The notes under the pieces were generated by a model. It was not told the origin of the DNA. It was given only the letters and a program-made list of their open reading frames with translations, and searched no databases. Positions 29,358-44,824 of a stretch of 64,000 nt of DNA are shown here, piece after piece (position 1 is the first letter of the stretch; each line of letters begins with the position of its first letter). Origin of the DNA: Eledone cirrhosa (lineage: Eukaryota); assembly GCA_964016885.1 (NCBI GenBank), contig OZ024743.1, forward strand, positions 30,752,001-30,816,000, given 5' to 3'. A program made the position numbers and the translations under genes.

Positions 29358-32300
29358 TATCTTATCTTTAGAAGGACAACCAATCATATTTTGGATGAAG
29401 TCTCACGCTCAGCATAAAATAGTGCATTTGGTAAGTGTAAACAAATGTATGATATTATTAAATTAATGTTAATTGTGTACAGCGTACAGCGTAAGTAAAT
29501 CAGACTAAATAAACCACAGTAACTTGTGGAAATATTTCCGTGTGTAGATATTATTGTATGCTATCTATATGTTAAGATATCATTTAGAATTTAAAAGTAT
29601 TTGTAATAAAATAATCTGCCACTATGTGCCTTACTTTCAGCCAGGCAACGTATGAGTACATACTGAATAACGTCTTAATGGTGTGTTAGAGATGTGACAC
29701 GATCCATAAAAACAAAATCAGCGGTTTTCCACGTTTTCTTTGCCTTCTGGTCCTGGTAATCCACCGCGCCTCATCCAACTGCAGAAATTGCTGTATTAAT
29801 ACCTATGTACTACTTTAAAGATACTTTAATATATTATTCAGTGGTCGGATTAACATTTTATAGAGGGCGAAATAAATCTAAGAGTATATAAATATACCCT
29901 GATTACTATAAAATACAACAATAATGATAATTCAAACGAACGATACTTTAGTAGAAACATTGAAAAGCATAAAACGGCACCCACCTAAAAATGGAAGAAA
30001 GCCCATACAAATCAGACCACTCCATAAATCTGCTCGTTCTATATATATAGTATACTTCCTGAGCCTTGCCAAAAGCCTCTGTAAGCCTCTATTCGCCTGT
30101 CATTATGTGTATCGAATATCAATTAGCACGTGGAAAACTAGATTTTCATGTCCCTTGAAATAAACCTTATAAAATCACGCCGAACAAAACTCAATTAACA
30201 AGAGAATAAAAAGTTAATGGTATAATAATACACAGAAGGAAAACATTACAGGAGCCCATTTGATACTCTCAGCAAAAAATAATTAAAATCTTTTAAAAAT
30301 ATATTCGACTATATGTAGTAAACCTTACGCCTATCACAATCTTGAAATCTAGCTTTACATCCATATCATATTTAATCGCTAATGATCGGAATCAAGTATA
30401 TAAAAATATTAGTCGCCACTTCATAATAAAACTATTCAGAGTTGAAGTGATGTTCGACGAAAAACGAAACACATATTTCAGAGTGGAATAAATTGAAATC
30501 CTTGAAAAAGAACAGTTAATGCACTATTAGGTAAAATAAAATTTAATAGCTTCGATCGGCTTTTCTAAAGCAATAACATATGGAATATAATTTATGATGT
30601 AGCCGAGAATTCAATATTCATGTAAAAACTAGTGATGTAAAACATTACTTCTCTAATCGGTATACGATTCCCGAACAGCCATAAATTTCTCATGCTGTTC
30701 TACAAAATCATATTTAAGGTGCTCTTAAATCAAGTGAAACACATGCCTAAAACCATCAGGTGCAGCAATGCAAAAAAGAAATCCCCAAACGAACGTATAA
30801 AATAGCCGAATTATAAAGGTCAAGTGCCAGGGAAAAGGAATTTTATCGCGCACAGCTATCTGCATCAACAAAGTATATTAGAATTATATTTATATTTGAA
30901 AGATATATATGAACTACAATGAGATAAGTTACACATTATCCACGTAAATAAAATGAGTAATCCCTTTAATATATTTAATTATAATTCATGTTCATTATCA
31001 ATCTAAAGAAAACATGTTTTCTGGGGTCAACTCAATCTTATGGTGAGGTACAATAAGTATTTTAAATATTTTTCCTGTGGGTTTATATTTCGTGTGCAGA
31101 AACAGAAATGAATATAATAAAGCTATTATACGGCCAATTCATTTCCATATGTCTATACTTGTTCCTTTGAGAATTCAAATCAGGTAAGTCACACACCAGA
31201 ACATTATATCATATTATAATCATTCGTTATTGCTAAAGCTGAAGAGATGACCAAGAAGTTACGGTTTGGGGCATTGAAATTTCCATCTCTGTACGGACCC
31301 GAATTCCCGTAACATTTTCGACGGATTTTTGCACTTGTGATTACAAGAAAAAATTAGATCAATGAGATATTATGAATTGAGATGAATGGTATACGTAATT
31401 ATATCAGAACAGAATTCGTTTCACAATATTTAGTAATGGTAATCATATTTTCACTAGTAACACCAGTGTGAGTTAAACCTTCACATTTTTCAAAGTATTA
31501 ATAGCATACCAGTACCGAGGTATATATAATACGTCTCTATATAGTTCCGGCCATATATTAAAGTAATTAAAAATATGAATATATTATAATATATGCATAG
31601 ACATGAAAACTGGGATTTATACTTCGGAGAATTAAATTTTCCTGCGGAATAAATAATGAGGGTAAAGCTATTTTACCGAATCTAATAATACCCATAACTA
31701 GGACATATATGTTCCCATGTTTCTGTTTGAAGACACAAGGTTGTAATCTCGAGAATAATGAACGAAGAATATTAAATTTTAAGCTAGTAATATTACACAA
31801 ATTAGAACTGCAGAAATACTTTACTTCTACATAAAATAATTATTTCTCTTCTTTAAATAACCTCATGTTTGACATTATTCTTCACTGTATTCTAGATTAA
31901 TGGAAATACATACATTCACTGTTGAGGTTTTGTTGACCATGACGAAAGCAACCCAATTATCATTCAATTTATTCTAAATGTATGAAATCAAAATAATATT
32001 AATGATGTGTTATTTTAGATCCAATGTACTATCTCACACTGCTTGTTTATTGCAAGTTATAAATCAAATGTTAATATTGCATAGGATATTTTATATCCGT
32101 AGTAACCATTAGTGGCCAATTCGTTTTCTAATTAGTCGCTAAATTGCCAATGTAGCCGTATACAATTCAAGAAGCCTTCTCACTTCAGAGCTGAGTATAC
32201 ACAATTATTTATGAAATCCATAAAGACTTTACATTTGTTCGCCAAAGGTAATTTGAATTCCGTTAGGTGTAATGTGTCAAAGCCATATACTTATACTCGC

Positions 32301-32896
32301 TAAATTATATAAATTGACAGGTTAGTAGCTGACTATGATTTTAAAAAGGTTTTGTTGCGTTTATAATTTAACTCTGAATTGAGATGACAACAATCGAAAT
32401 TCCGCTGTAAACATGGAATAGAAAAAAAAAAAAATTATTTCTGCTGACAAATTCACAGATTGCCGAGTCATGAAAATACCCAATTGCAGGAGAAAAAAGT
32501 GGGGAATGTGGCATCTTAAAGGTTGATTCAAGTTAATAGTAGCGTATTGTAGAAAATACCCTGTGCTTTTGCTGTTAAAAAAATTAAGAAAACTATAAAT
32601 TTGGAGTATCTCCAAATGTATATTTTTTTGTTCAAAATCTAAAGCGGAATGGTGTAGATACATTAAATGTTTCCTTTATTACGTGATTACATCATAGCAT
32701 TAGTAATATCCACGTTTTTCATAGCATGTATATATCAAAATATTATTTGGGAACACTGAAATATAACACTATGTGCGTGAGTGTGTCTGAGAACGAGTTT
32801 GGTGAAGATGATTCATATATTAAAGGGATCGATAATATGTTTATTGAACTTGAACATGTAAGTATGTATGTTTGTATGTATGTATATATGTAAGTG

Positions 32897-33135
32897 TGTG
32901 ACAGCTCACATCTATGCAAGTTTAGTTGGCCTCCTCCAAGGAATATCTCGTTAGAAGTGACTTGGGTAATTTAATGATAGGGACCCCAGTCCTATCATCT
33001 CATTTCTAAAGCTGAATAAACTGGAGCAACGGGAAAGAAAGTGTCGTGCTCAAGGAAACAACACATAACCCGGTCCGAGACTTTAACTCACCAACTTTCG
33101 ATTGCAAGTCCAATGCTCTATCCACTAAGACAGGC
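32897..33135 (-). mobile_element. tRNA-derived SINE (family 2); other copies 34585-34825 (+) and 37392-37535 (+)
   Basis: tRNA-like head, then TTGAGCA.GACACTTTCTTTC.CGTTGCTCCAGTTTA.TCAGCT, shared (with variants) by three copies. Confidence 0.85.
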
Positions 33136-33151
33136 ACCTTCACTATATATG

Positions 33152-33651
33152 TGAATGACATCGCTTGATACTTAAGCATGGCATCACGGATGTGGCGTTT
33201 TAGTGCTGCTAAGGTCTTGCCTATGGCCAGCAAAAGCCATGCATCGCAAATATATATATATGTATCTTTGTATGTATGCAGTGCATCTTTGTATGTGGGC
33301 GCAGCCTAAGAAGTCCCCACGCAATCATTACATCCCTGATGCGATCCCACTCGTGTAGGCTTGGACAAGTGACATTTACCAGGACCCCAGTGAACGCATG
33401 CCATGTGAACACAATGGGTTTGGGGAATTGTATCGATGAACGCTGGAAGCAATTTACTTGCAAGTTAACAGGGGAGCCATATCAGGAGCTGTTTCAGATT
33501 GATTGTCCCTGTGAAATTAGTTAAGATTACACCTATATTTGAAATTCTCAGCCATTTACAAGTTAATTTCATGAGGAGGATCTCTCTTTGTTTGAGCATT
33601 TGTGGCGTTCATATCTAGACCGGTAGAGGTCCTTCGATGTATGTATATATG

Positions 33652-33706
<55 letters not shown>

Positions 33707-33930
33707 AATTTCGTCTTGTGTATGCTATTTATAAACCTGTTTGACCATGAACGAAATCCGGAATTAACTAGAACAACGCAGGGGCACAGGAACACACATG
33801 TATATAAATATATGATGATGGTTGCAACTCGATTTCGAGTAATGACATCGCTTGATACTTAAACACGGGCTTGAATTTTTAGTGGTGCTAGGGTCTTCCC
33901 TATGGCCAGCAAAGCCATTCATCGCAAAAA
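33152..33930 (+). repeat. Two ~90 bp direct repeats (33152-33250 and 33840-33928)
   Basis: AATGACATCGCTTGATACTTAA...CCTATGGCCAGCAAA.GCCAT.CATCGCAAA occurs twice. Confidence 0.8.
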
Positions 33931-34161
33931 ATGCCGCATGTCAAGCAAAGCCTATGCTTGAAGCATTTTTTTATTGAAAACATGCTTTGCACGAGGCCAA
34001 TCCCTCTGTCTGAACATGGAATACATTTAACTAAATGTATAACTGGTCTACAGCATTGGATGCCAGCGAAGTCACATATTTCATATTAGAACGACCTTCT
34101 CCTAGAGAGATGACTTAATGGGGACTAGGAGTCTCTCGCTCCACAAAAAAAAAAGATGCTT

Positions 34162-34197
<36 letters not shown>

Positions 34198-34199
<2 letters not shown>

Positions 34200-34480
34200 C
34201 ATCATCATCATCATCATCATCATCATCGTTTAACGTCCATTTTACACGCTTGCATTGGTTTGGACGGTAATTTTCCCACTTGAGGCAAGATTGGTTGTCT
34301 TGCTCGTATAGGATTGTCTGGCGGGTTTTCTACGGCTGGATGCCCTTCCTAACACCAACCGCGTTTACAGTGTGGACTGGGAGGTTTTTACCGTGTTACC
34401 TACACGGCCACATTACAGCGTGGACTGTGTGTTTTTTTGTCGTGACACCTACACTACCTGATTTATTTCGGACATAACTT
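34198..34480 (-). mobile_element. SINE/LINE 3' end with (GAT)n tail
   Basis: Minus strand ends GGACGTTAAACG(ATG)n, a typical non-LTR tail. Confidence 0.6.
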
Positions 34481-37400
34481 TACATCCAAAGGGGTATATA
34501 TATATATATATATATATATACTTATATATACATTAAGTAGAGCAACTGCGAGATTGAGATTATGGAATGCAGGATAGTGAGAGGGCATGAATTAGTTGTT
34601 AGAGCACTGGGCTTCCAATCGAAAGCTTGTGAGTTCTATTCTCGGACCGGGTGAGGTGTTGCTTCATTGAGCAGGACACTTTCTTTCACGTTGCTCCAGT
34701 TTACTCAGCTGTAGAAATGAGATGATAGGACTGGGATCCCTATCATTAAATTAGCCAAGACACTTCCAAAGAAATGTACTTAGGAGGGGCCAGCTAAACC
34801 TGCATAGGTGTCAGTTGTCATACACACTCACAATGCAGGATAAGTTACATCTCCACTAAACAAGAACTTTACATACTTTGGGAAGGTAATTTTTAAGTTA
34901 AAAATTATCGTAGAAAGCTAATCAATACAAGCAGACTTCAAGACGCAGCAGATTTAACACACTTTAACTGTATTATTTAAATAGAGTTGCAGCCTTCTTA
35001 ACTGACATTTCAATCTTAGAGATAACAAAGTTGATAGATCACGCGTTATCATTTATGTCATAAGTATTTTTGCCTCGAATTTACAACTGTCAAAACGTGT
35101 TAAACTATTCAGGAGATGATTGTGAGATGCAAGTAAATACCCATTCGCTTGAAATTCACTCGCACGCCGAAACGTACGTTTACACACACACACACACACA
35201 CACGCACACACACACATATACACACACACATATACACACACACACACACACATATTCACACACATACAACCACATATTTATATATATAGAAAGAGACAGG
35301 GAGAGAAAATAAAATACGTGAAACTGCCTTCAATATGTTGCCAAAACTCTACTATCAAATTTTAGAAGTAAAACCTAGGACCACTTTAAATTATATTGAT
35401 ATATGTCGTGAAATATAAAATAGGCAGAATAATATTCAATGTAAAAGATGAAAAATACTACACAAGAAGATATAATTAACGTCTCGTACTATTGGATATA
35501 TAACACAAACTTGGCCTCAAGGTTATTTCAATAGCACAGACATCATATTAGTAGGTCAGTGTAGAGTTATATTCATGACTGTAATTCTCTGAGGAAATAA
35601 GTAAAATATTTCGGAGGGTTATGCATATCAATAGTGAATAATAGCGTATATATTCAGATACTGAATACAATATAATATATTTCGGTGCAGGTGTTTACCA
35701 ATATCACGAAAACAGAAAATAATGGCCATTGTAATTATATATACCCTATTTGATTGTAAAGATTAAAGAGAAACAATGGAGTGTTGAAAATAAAAGTATA
35801 CATTTAATACATCTTGAATGAATAGGTGCAGAATTAAAGACTTGATTAATTTAAAGAACAATTGAGTGAGAGTTGTTAACAGTTAAATGTATAACATAAA
35901 TTATTAGGCTATATATATTAAGTGGTACAGTTAAGTATATTAATGTTTCAGATATTTCTAACTCCCCTGCTTTTATTCCAAAACTCCCCCCATTAAATTT
36001 TGCTAATCTATCTCCGACGAAATTTATTGTGAGCGGTAGCATTCCTCCGACAATTAATTTTCTTCCTATATTAAAAACAACTTTATACATGACAAAAAAT
36101 ACTAGAAGAAAAATATATAGAATAGCTTTCTTTTGAAAGAACGCAGATGTGACCGTCGAATAATTTCAGAGTATTCTTGCGCTTATACGGCCTTCCAGTA
36201 TGTACTTATTCTTCCACTTTGAATTAATGTAGACATTATCATCTTAATATGAGAAGAGAAAATACAACAGCAAAGTGATGTCTTTTCCAACAATCTATAT
36301 GGCAACTAGAGTTGAAGGTCAGAGCGAGAATTACAAATATATTCAAAAATGTTAGGCAGTATTTGAAAAAAATTCTGTATTCTCAACTTTGCTATTTATC
36401 AACTTAGAGTTTAAATTTATTTAAATTTCACCGGCAAATAGAGTATATATTTTATTTCACTACATGCTAAGCATTTTACTCAGTGAAGAACAACAAGTTA
36501 ACGTTACCAATATTCATTCGCATTTGTCTAAGCGTGAAACCTCATCAATCCAGCCAGTTAGTCATAACTTCACATGCAAAAACTTACGAATGTTTGCTTA
36601 AGTTGATCAGAGAAAGGTAGGTAAATATGTGCACAACATCATTAATAAAATGAAATGTGGTTTGTATACAGTTAAAGATTATTTAAGTGACCCATTTATA
36701 ACTTTACACAGGCATGATATTTCTTATCAATTTCGTTTTAATATTAAAGTCAGGAACATATTTGAGAGAGGGGGAGATTGACGGACTTGTCATCTCTGTA
36801 GATTGTGCAAATGTTGAAAGATTGATACATGGCATGCGATATATGTCAATAGAGCCTGTCACTATATACATAAATACACACACACACAAACACACACATA
36901 CACACATGCATATATACATATGTGAGTGCGTATGTGTTCTTGTGTGTGTGTGTGTATACAATGTTGCGTGCAATTATAATTTTGCAATTTCTCTATGATA
37001 TTAGGCTACAAATGTGTGATCAGTATGTTTGAAACTACCAAGCCATATTTAATAACTTATTTCAAACCATATGCAGCTCTATAATTATAACTAATACAAA
37101 AATAATATATCATCTTATTTGAAAAGGAAAAAATACTAATAATATATAAACAGATAGACATTCAGTCTGTTGACAAAACTGCAATTATATCAACGATATT
37201 TTTTTCGGAATGCACCAGCTTTTGCTTGATTATCAAACTTAAAATGATCTTTCCAAAGACTGATACATTGAACATCTCTGAAGATCGACAAAACAAATTT
37301 TAATGGAGATATTTAAAATTAAGACGAGCTTATCATCACACATATTTCGGGGATATAATGCGGAATCATGTTCATCTATTTAAAGCAATGTGTGATTAGA

Positions 37401-37717
37401 GCATTGGGCATGCAATCGAAAGGTTGTAAGTTCAATTCTCGCACCGGGTGATGTGTTGTTTCCTTGAGGAAGACACTTTATGTCACGTTGCTCCAGTTTA
37501 GTCAGCTGTAGAAATGAGATGACTGTCACACACCTGTCACACATTTAAAGCAATGCGTCGAAAAACTATTTCTTAAAATTGTATGTCGTAGTATTTGTAT
37601 ATAGTGTTATCTGAAGATTATTTGGAAACCCCATAAAAGATTTAAAATGAAGTTTTACTCAAATATCTGGAATGCTGTTTACCATCTGGAACTTAATTTT
37701 TACAAACTTCCATTGAG

Positions 37718-37802
<85 letters not shown>

Positions 37803-38027
37803 ATGACGGATAGAATGCTTTTCGGTTTTCGTTCCAGCTCTCTGCTGAGTTCGAATCCAACTGAGGTCGATAACAAACTACGAGTATAGCGGTGGGGTTA
37901 ACTTTACCTCTATATCTCTTTCTCACTTCATCTCACTCATTTTCCCTCTTTCTCTGGGAGAAAGCTGCTGTGTTGAGACCTGAAGAAGGGTGGGTTTCAC
38001 AAGGGTTAAATATGCCCAATATATTGC

Positions 38028-38124
<97 letters not shown>

Positions 38125-38349
38125 ATAAAAGGAAAAGAAAATGCTGACAAATTGTTCCAAGTGAAAAATAGTTTAATTAGGAATAAGTAAAAATTAGTAA
38201 TAGTATTGGTTAGTATTCAGTTTTGGTTTTAAGTTTTACCGGTTGCGAATTTCTAATGCTTTTCAAAAAATAATTTTGAGATAGAGCGCTCGTGATATTT
38301 GCTCTAATCTATATTTATATATATATATTAATTTATTTATATATATATA

Positions 38350-40513
38350 ATAGGGATTTTTTTGTATATTACCACGGTTGACTTAATGGGCTTGGAGAGT
38401 TGACTCCCTTGATGTCTGACCACTCGATAAGTTAGGGGTTGTGCCCCTTGAGCAGGGATGAGTCTAGCTGGTCTACCTGCTGCCTGCTACTACCCGAGAC
38501 TGGACACGGTCGTAGCCACAGGCCAGTGCGTGCGCGATAGCATGGAATATATATTTTCTGCTAGTCACCCCGTGTAATATTATACCCCAAGATTCCATGC
38601 ATGAGATTCACCGAAGCATGCGCAGTCTTAACCGGGAGATGACATGCGAACTTGAAAATACCACAAGAGAGACCCTTTGGATAGCGTAGACGCCGGACCA
38701 TACCCGCGAATATATACCCTGATCTGTCTTGAATATGCATGGCTGACGGAATATGGATAACACGACCCCCATCTAAGCTGGAACCGACCCCTACAACAAA
38801 CAAAGAGGGGACAGCCCTTAGCATTTGACCAGTTGCGTGTGTGCTTGGAGTTCGTGAGAGGAGGTGATATTAGCGAGAGACGCAATATGCCACCCCAGTC
38901 AAATCCACACTGGTTTTTTTACCAATATAGCATGTAAATCAATACATCCTATGCAGCGAGACCTTGGATTTAAAACCGGCAGGCTGATCTATCGCAAAAG
39001 CGTGCAACCCCCGAAACTAAAAGATCGAACGGACCACACCCAGCAACCACTAGCTATTTGATCCACATGTACATTTCCCAGAGAGTCCACACAGCTGATA
39101 GTGAATCCCAGTTGATTCGTGAACTCTGAACTTTTAAACAAGACCAACTGTGCCTGGAGCTATGCTGATGACTACATACGCACAATGGATATCGCACCCA
39201 CAAGGTCACCTGTATTGTTCATCTTGCTGTATGTGTGTAAAGTATCCGTGCGTGGGATATCCCTGAGTACATTTTCTTGACTACCAATTGTTTATTGATT
39301 GTTTGTTAATTAGGCAGGAATATACCATTATGTCTTTGTTAATCCTATGTGTTGCTGTATGTGTGTAAAGTATCCGAGCGCGGGTTATCCCTGAGCTAAT
39401 TTTGCTTGACTGTTAATTGTTTATTGATTATTTGTTAATTAGGCAGGAATATATTAGTAAGTCTTTGTTAATCCTGTATTAATAATTTTATAGTAATTTT
39501 TTGATAGTACATTATTAGATTACTGAAGCTACCTTATACCTTCTTAAAAATACATTTTATAATTATTCTCTTTTTGCTTATGTATTTTCTTACTCATCAT
39601 TTTCTTTAATCTTGCCCAACTTGATAAGCTCTTTGAATTGCTCCCTAGTTAAATTACTTAAATTACTTAAATTATTTTATCTATTATACCTAAGTTGTAT
39701 CTGTTGAAGCAGCCCTTTGAAAATTCCTCAGATATACCAAATCCCGTAATTTTTAACTTTTAATTTATAATTTTCCTCAATTCGTTTATATATATCTTTA
39801 AAGGCTCTCTAAAATGTTAACTCTTCGAAGGGTCTCTCGGGAGAGGTTCTTATTAAAAATATTAAAGGGGTCTTTTCTGAGGGATTTTTTGAAGGCTCTT
39901 TGAATTAACCTTTAATTGATTAGTTTCTTTCAACTTAGTAGGGATTATCAAAACTTCGTAAATTTTCTGAAATTTTTTAACGTGATCTCTGGGGAAGAAA
40001 ATTATTTTCTTTCGAAAAAAAATTTTTTCCCTCGAAGGAATTTTTTAGGAAACTTTATATTTTTATTTTTTTATTTTTTTTATTTTATATTTTTTTAGTC
40101 TCTTAATCTGTTCTGGTTTGTTAGGTTTATTGGGCCTTATAAGCTTTATGCACTTATTGAGGGATTTTTTAAGGTGCTCCTACTTTTATGGCGTAAATTA
40201 TAAATTATCTAATTTTTAACCTTCAATCCCTGACTCTTAGGTCCTCTTTAAATTCTCTTAACTCCCCATAACTTTTACAACTACGACAACTAATATAAAA
40301 GAGCCCCCTTAGAATATAGACCCAAATATACAAGCGGAGCTGCTGATGTATACCACAATTTCAAACTGCTAATCTTGAGTGAAACGTTGATGTAAATAAT
40401 GAACTTACAATCACATGTTATATACCTTGAAAAGTCCCACCATATGGTCGGACGAAACGGCTGTCGGCAATAAAGTTGTTGTAATGTCATAATAGTTCAT
40501 TTGTTCTTTTTCA

Positions 40514-40515
<2 letters not shown>
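38350..40515 (+). mobile_element. Decayed 5'-truncated PLE with long AT-rich 3' UTR (2 x ~127 bp tandem at 39225-39480)
   Basis: EYIFSASHP (PLE thumb Y..F.S.HP motif) at ~38545-38572; terminal HHR; (TA)n flanks. Confidence 0.55.
40425..40467 (+). ncRNA. Type I HHR with U3-A8 core
   Basis: cc TTGAAAA gtcc caccatatggtc ggac GAAA cggctg TC gg. Confidence 0.75.
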
Positions 40516-40551
<36 letters not shown>

Positions 40552-40555
<4 letters not shown>

Positions 40556-41378
40556 ATACAATATAGTTGGCAACCCGAACATTTAATTGGGAACATACTC
40601 AGATATTTCCTAATGTTTGTTGAGTGAGTTAGAATTTAGCCGAAGTATCGCTATTACCCTTCTCCGTTTATGTATTTATAGATTTACTCTTGGTGCAACA
40701 GATATGAACTTTCCCGATATAAGGTATGACTCTCTTTGTTTATTTTTTATTTTTTATATGAATATCGACTGTTTGTTCTTGTATCTCATTCTGTTATTTT
40801 GCCCGAGAAAATATCTATATGTGTCATTAAGCGAAGCGCACATATGGTTATTGTTTCATATCCAATTGAGTTCTAAGGAGGTGGCTTGAATTCGTATCGT
40901 AATTCAACTGACCTGCGCATGTATTGTTTTTGGTGGTAGTCTCCTTCCTCCTATTTTCGAGACAGTGTGAGATTTTCTTTAGAACTGCTGGACTAAAAAC
41001 CTAGCAGTTCCCTCAAGCACTGATGGTGATTATCGCTAAATATTGATGTTGATTTGGTTATCAATATTAATATTATTGGGCACCCACTGAAGAATTATAA
41101 GAGCACACTTGTATAAGTATCTGTTGATCTTATACAAGCTTCTACATCATTTGGTATACTTTCAACCAACTTCTAGAAATCTTATAATGAAACGAGTCGT
41201 CTGGGAAGTGATATATTTGATATATCTCATATGAAATGATACAGCCAATTCTCCACACAATACAATATAGTTAGCACCCCGAACGTTTCATTAGGAATAT
41301 ACTCAGGTATTTCCTAATGTTTGTGGAGTGAGTTAGAATTTGGCGGGAGTATCGCTATTAGCTTTCTCCGTTTATGTT
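40552..41378. repeat. ~830 bp element with ~120 bp direct terminal repeats (unit ~703 bp) between (TA)n runs
   Basis: 40552-40672 is similar to 41255-41377. Confidence 0.85.
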
Positions 41379-41417
41379 TTAATATATATATATATATTTA
41401 TATATATATAGAGAGAG

Positions 41418-42140
41418 AGAGAATTTAGTATATCTACTAACATATGCGTACAGATGTACACTAATGCTAGCAAATACATAAGTTATGTCATAGTACCTAG
41501 GTGGTTCAATGCAGGAGGATGCAGAACAATAATATGAAAGACGTAAAATAAGAAAATAAAAAAAAAAATAAAAAAAATTAACTTACTTACTAAAATTTTC
41601 ACTCCAACTATTGTTCTGCATCCTCCTGCATTGAACCACCTAGGTACTATGACATAACTTATGTATTTGCTAGCATTGGTGTACATCTGTACGCATATGT
41701 TAGTAGATATACTAAATTCTCTATATTTAGCTCCAAATTATTTATTTGTTGAGCAAACCTGCCAAAACCACTACTAATTCATTGGTGTGGTAGTAGGCTT
41801 CTGTCATCTTACCACCCCACTCCTTCCGACTAGCCTCAGTGTCACGTGATTGATTCTTTAGAATCTGCCATTTGACCAGAGACAGCGTGCTTTTCAGTGC
41901 ATGGAATCCAGTCCCCGCTAGCTGTTCCATCTACCGAATTATTATTATTTTTATATGAGTCCCCAGTGTCCGCGCATTGCCTGGAGACTTAGATGAGAAT
42001 AGACTCCCTGATGACGTAATGAATTATCGACGGTTATATTACGTAACTGTCTTTATCCCATTACAGAAACTAATTAGTTGGAGTGAAAATTTTAGTAAGT
42101 TAATTTTTTTAAAAAATTTTCTTCTTTTACGTCTTTCATA
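41418..42140. repeat. Interleaved double fold-back: 41418-41530 vs 41609-41722, and 41532-41610 vs 42074-42140
   Basis: Two different inverted pairs overlap; degenerate HHR (CTGATGA...GTAA) at ~42008-42051. Confidence 0.85.
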
Positions 42141-42157
42141 TATATATATATATATAT

Positions 42158-42296
42158 GAGTCCAGAATTAGCCGTCGCGACGGCTTGAGCTCTGCCGTCA
42201 GGGTCATACTTTTTCCTATTTCCCACACTACTACTCTATGTATTGAGTACTCTGGTGCGTTATGGTCCATCTTGTTCCTTACGACAATTCCTTTGT

Positions 42297-42298
<2 letters not shown>
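42158..42298 (+). mobile_element. Family B 3'-end fragment
   Basis: Matches 14864-15002; starts at the same point (AGTCCAGAA) as the 15203 copy. Confidence 0.88.
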
Positions 42299-42331
<33 letters not shown>

Positions 42332-42569
42332 TTATATATATATTTATATATATATATATGTATATATATACACATATATATAAGGGTGGTGGATTGGCAG
42401 TATCGGTAGAGAGTCGGACGCCATGCTTTGTAGCATAGAGTTCCCCCCTTTATTATCTATGTTCAAATCCCGCAGAGGATAACTTTGCCTTTCATCCTTA
42501 CGGGGCAATGCACTGGGTAATTGGCCTTGTGCCAAAAGTAGAAACAATTATATATATATATATATATAT

Positions 42570-42726
42570 AACGAAGGAGGTGTGGTAAGGAACCAGATGG
42601 ACCATAACGAACCAGAGTACTCAATACTAAAGTTAGTAGAGTAGGTAATAGGAAAATGTTTAACCCCGACGGCAGATCGCAAGCCGTTGAAACGGCTTGA
42701 GCTCTACCGTCGTGGTTAAACATTTT

Positions 42727-42730
<4 letters not shown>
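42570..42730. mobile_element. Family B fold-back centred on the HHR GAAA
   Basis: Centre GCAAGCCGTT G AAACGGCTTG; left arm carries the tail, right arm ends at CATTTTCCTA. Confidence 0.85.
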
Positions 42731-42797
<67 letters not shown>

Positions 42798-42844
42798 AAT
42801 ACGTGTCATACACATATATATATATATCTATATATGTATGTATA

Positions 42845-43036
42845 TTGTCAAAACATCGATGATAGGACTCCGCATGGCGCTAAACGGGAGCGGGGTTGCC
42901 CAATGATCACCTGGCGACGAACGTTCCGGAAGGACATGATGGCAATCAACATCGAAAATGTTGCCGCTGATCGTGACCGTTGGCGAGTAATTACTGCTCG
43001 ATGCGCCGAGCGGCTCGGAAGAATCTACGCCTAAGA
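42845..43036 (+). mobile_element. RTE-type LINE 3' fragment
   Basis: TPHGAKRERGCPMITWRRTFRKD...AADRDRWR, typical RTE C-terminus. Confidence 0.75.
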
Positions 43037-43364
43037 TAGTGAAAGAGTGAAGATTAATATGGTCAACAGTACAACAAGGGTTTTATTTACAGTATTAACA
43101 ATTGTTTCATTGATTAGGTTGTGTAAAAATGCTAATCACCTGAAGTTGTGTCACTCAATTTTAAATACAATGTATGCCTAATCAAATCATCGAAAAATTG
43201 ATTAAAATTATACACAGCGGCTGTAATATACTAGGAAAATTCAAATCAGAACATCAGCAATAACGAAAGAAAAAGAAAAAATGAAAAAAAAAGAATAAGA
43301 GAGAGAGAAAAAGAAAACTTGGTCAACTATGTTATAACTGTTGAACATGTTATTCTTTTAAAAA

Positions 43365-44800
<1,436 letters not shown>

Positions 44801-44824
44801 ATATATATATATATATATATATGG

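Larger units (their letters stand above)
29860..36165 (-). pseudogene. Probable heavily decayed GABA-B-like class C GPCR pseudogene, interrupted by repeats at ~32.8-35.3 kb
   Basis: Colinear minus-strand fragments: KKAILYIFLLVFFV...LIVGGMLPLT...AGELEISE (36.1-35.9 kb), KYFTYFLR..QS (35.6 kb), CVFKQKHGNIYVLVMG (31.7 kb), LYNSAILYVRLGISFF..LMVLG (30.8 kb), NLWLFG...MF (30.7 kb), SRFM..S and a hydrophobic TM7-like stretch (30.0-29.9 kb). Matched by eye only. Confidence 0.4.

Noticed and set aside
36704-36998. Short non-repetitive ORFs on both strands
   Set aside because: No family resemblance; they run into microsatellite.
37975-38030. CTGAAGA as an HHR core
   Set aside because: No downstream GAAA or paired stems.
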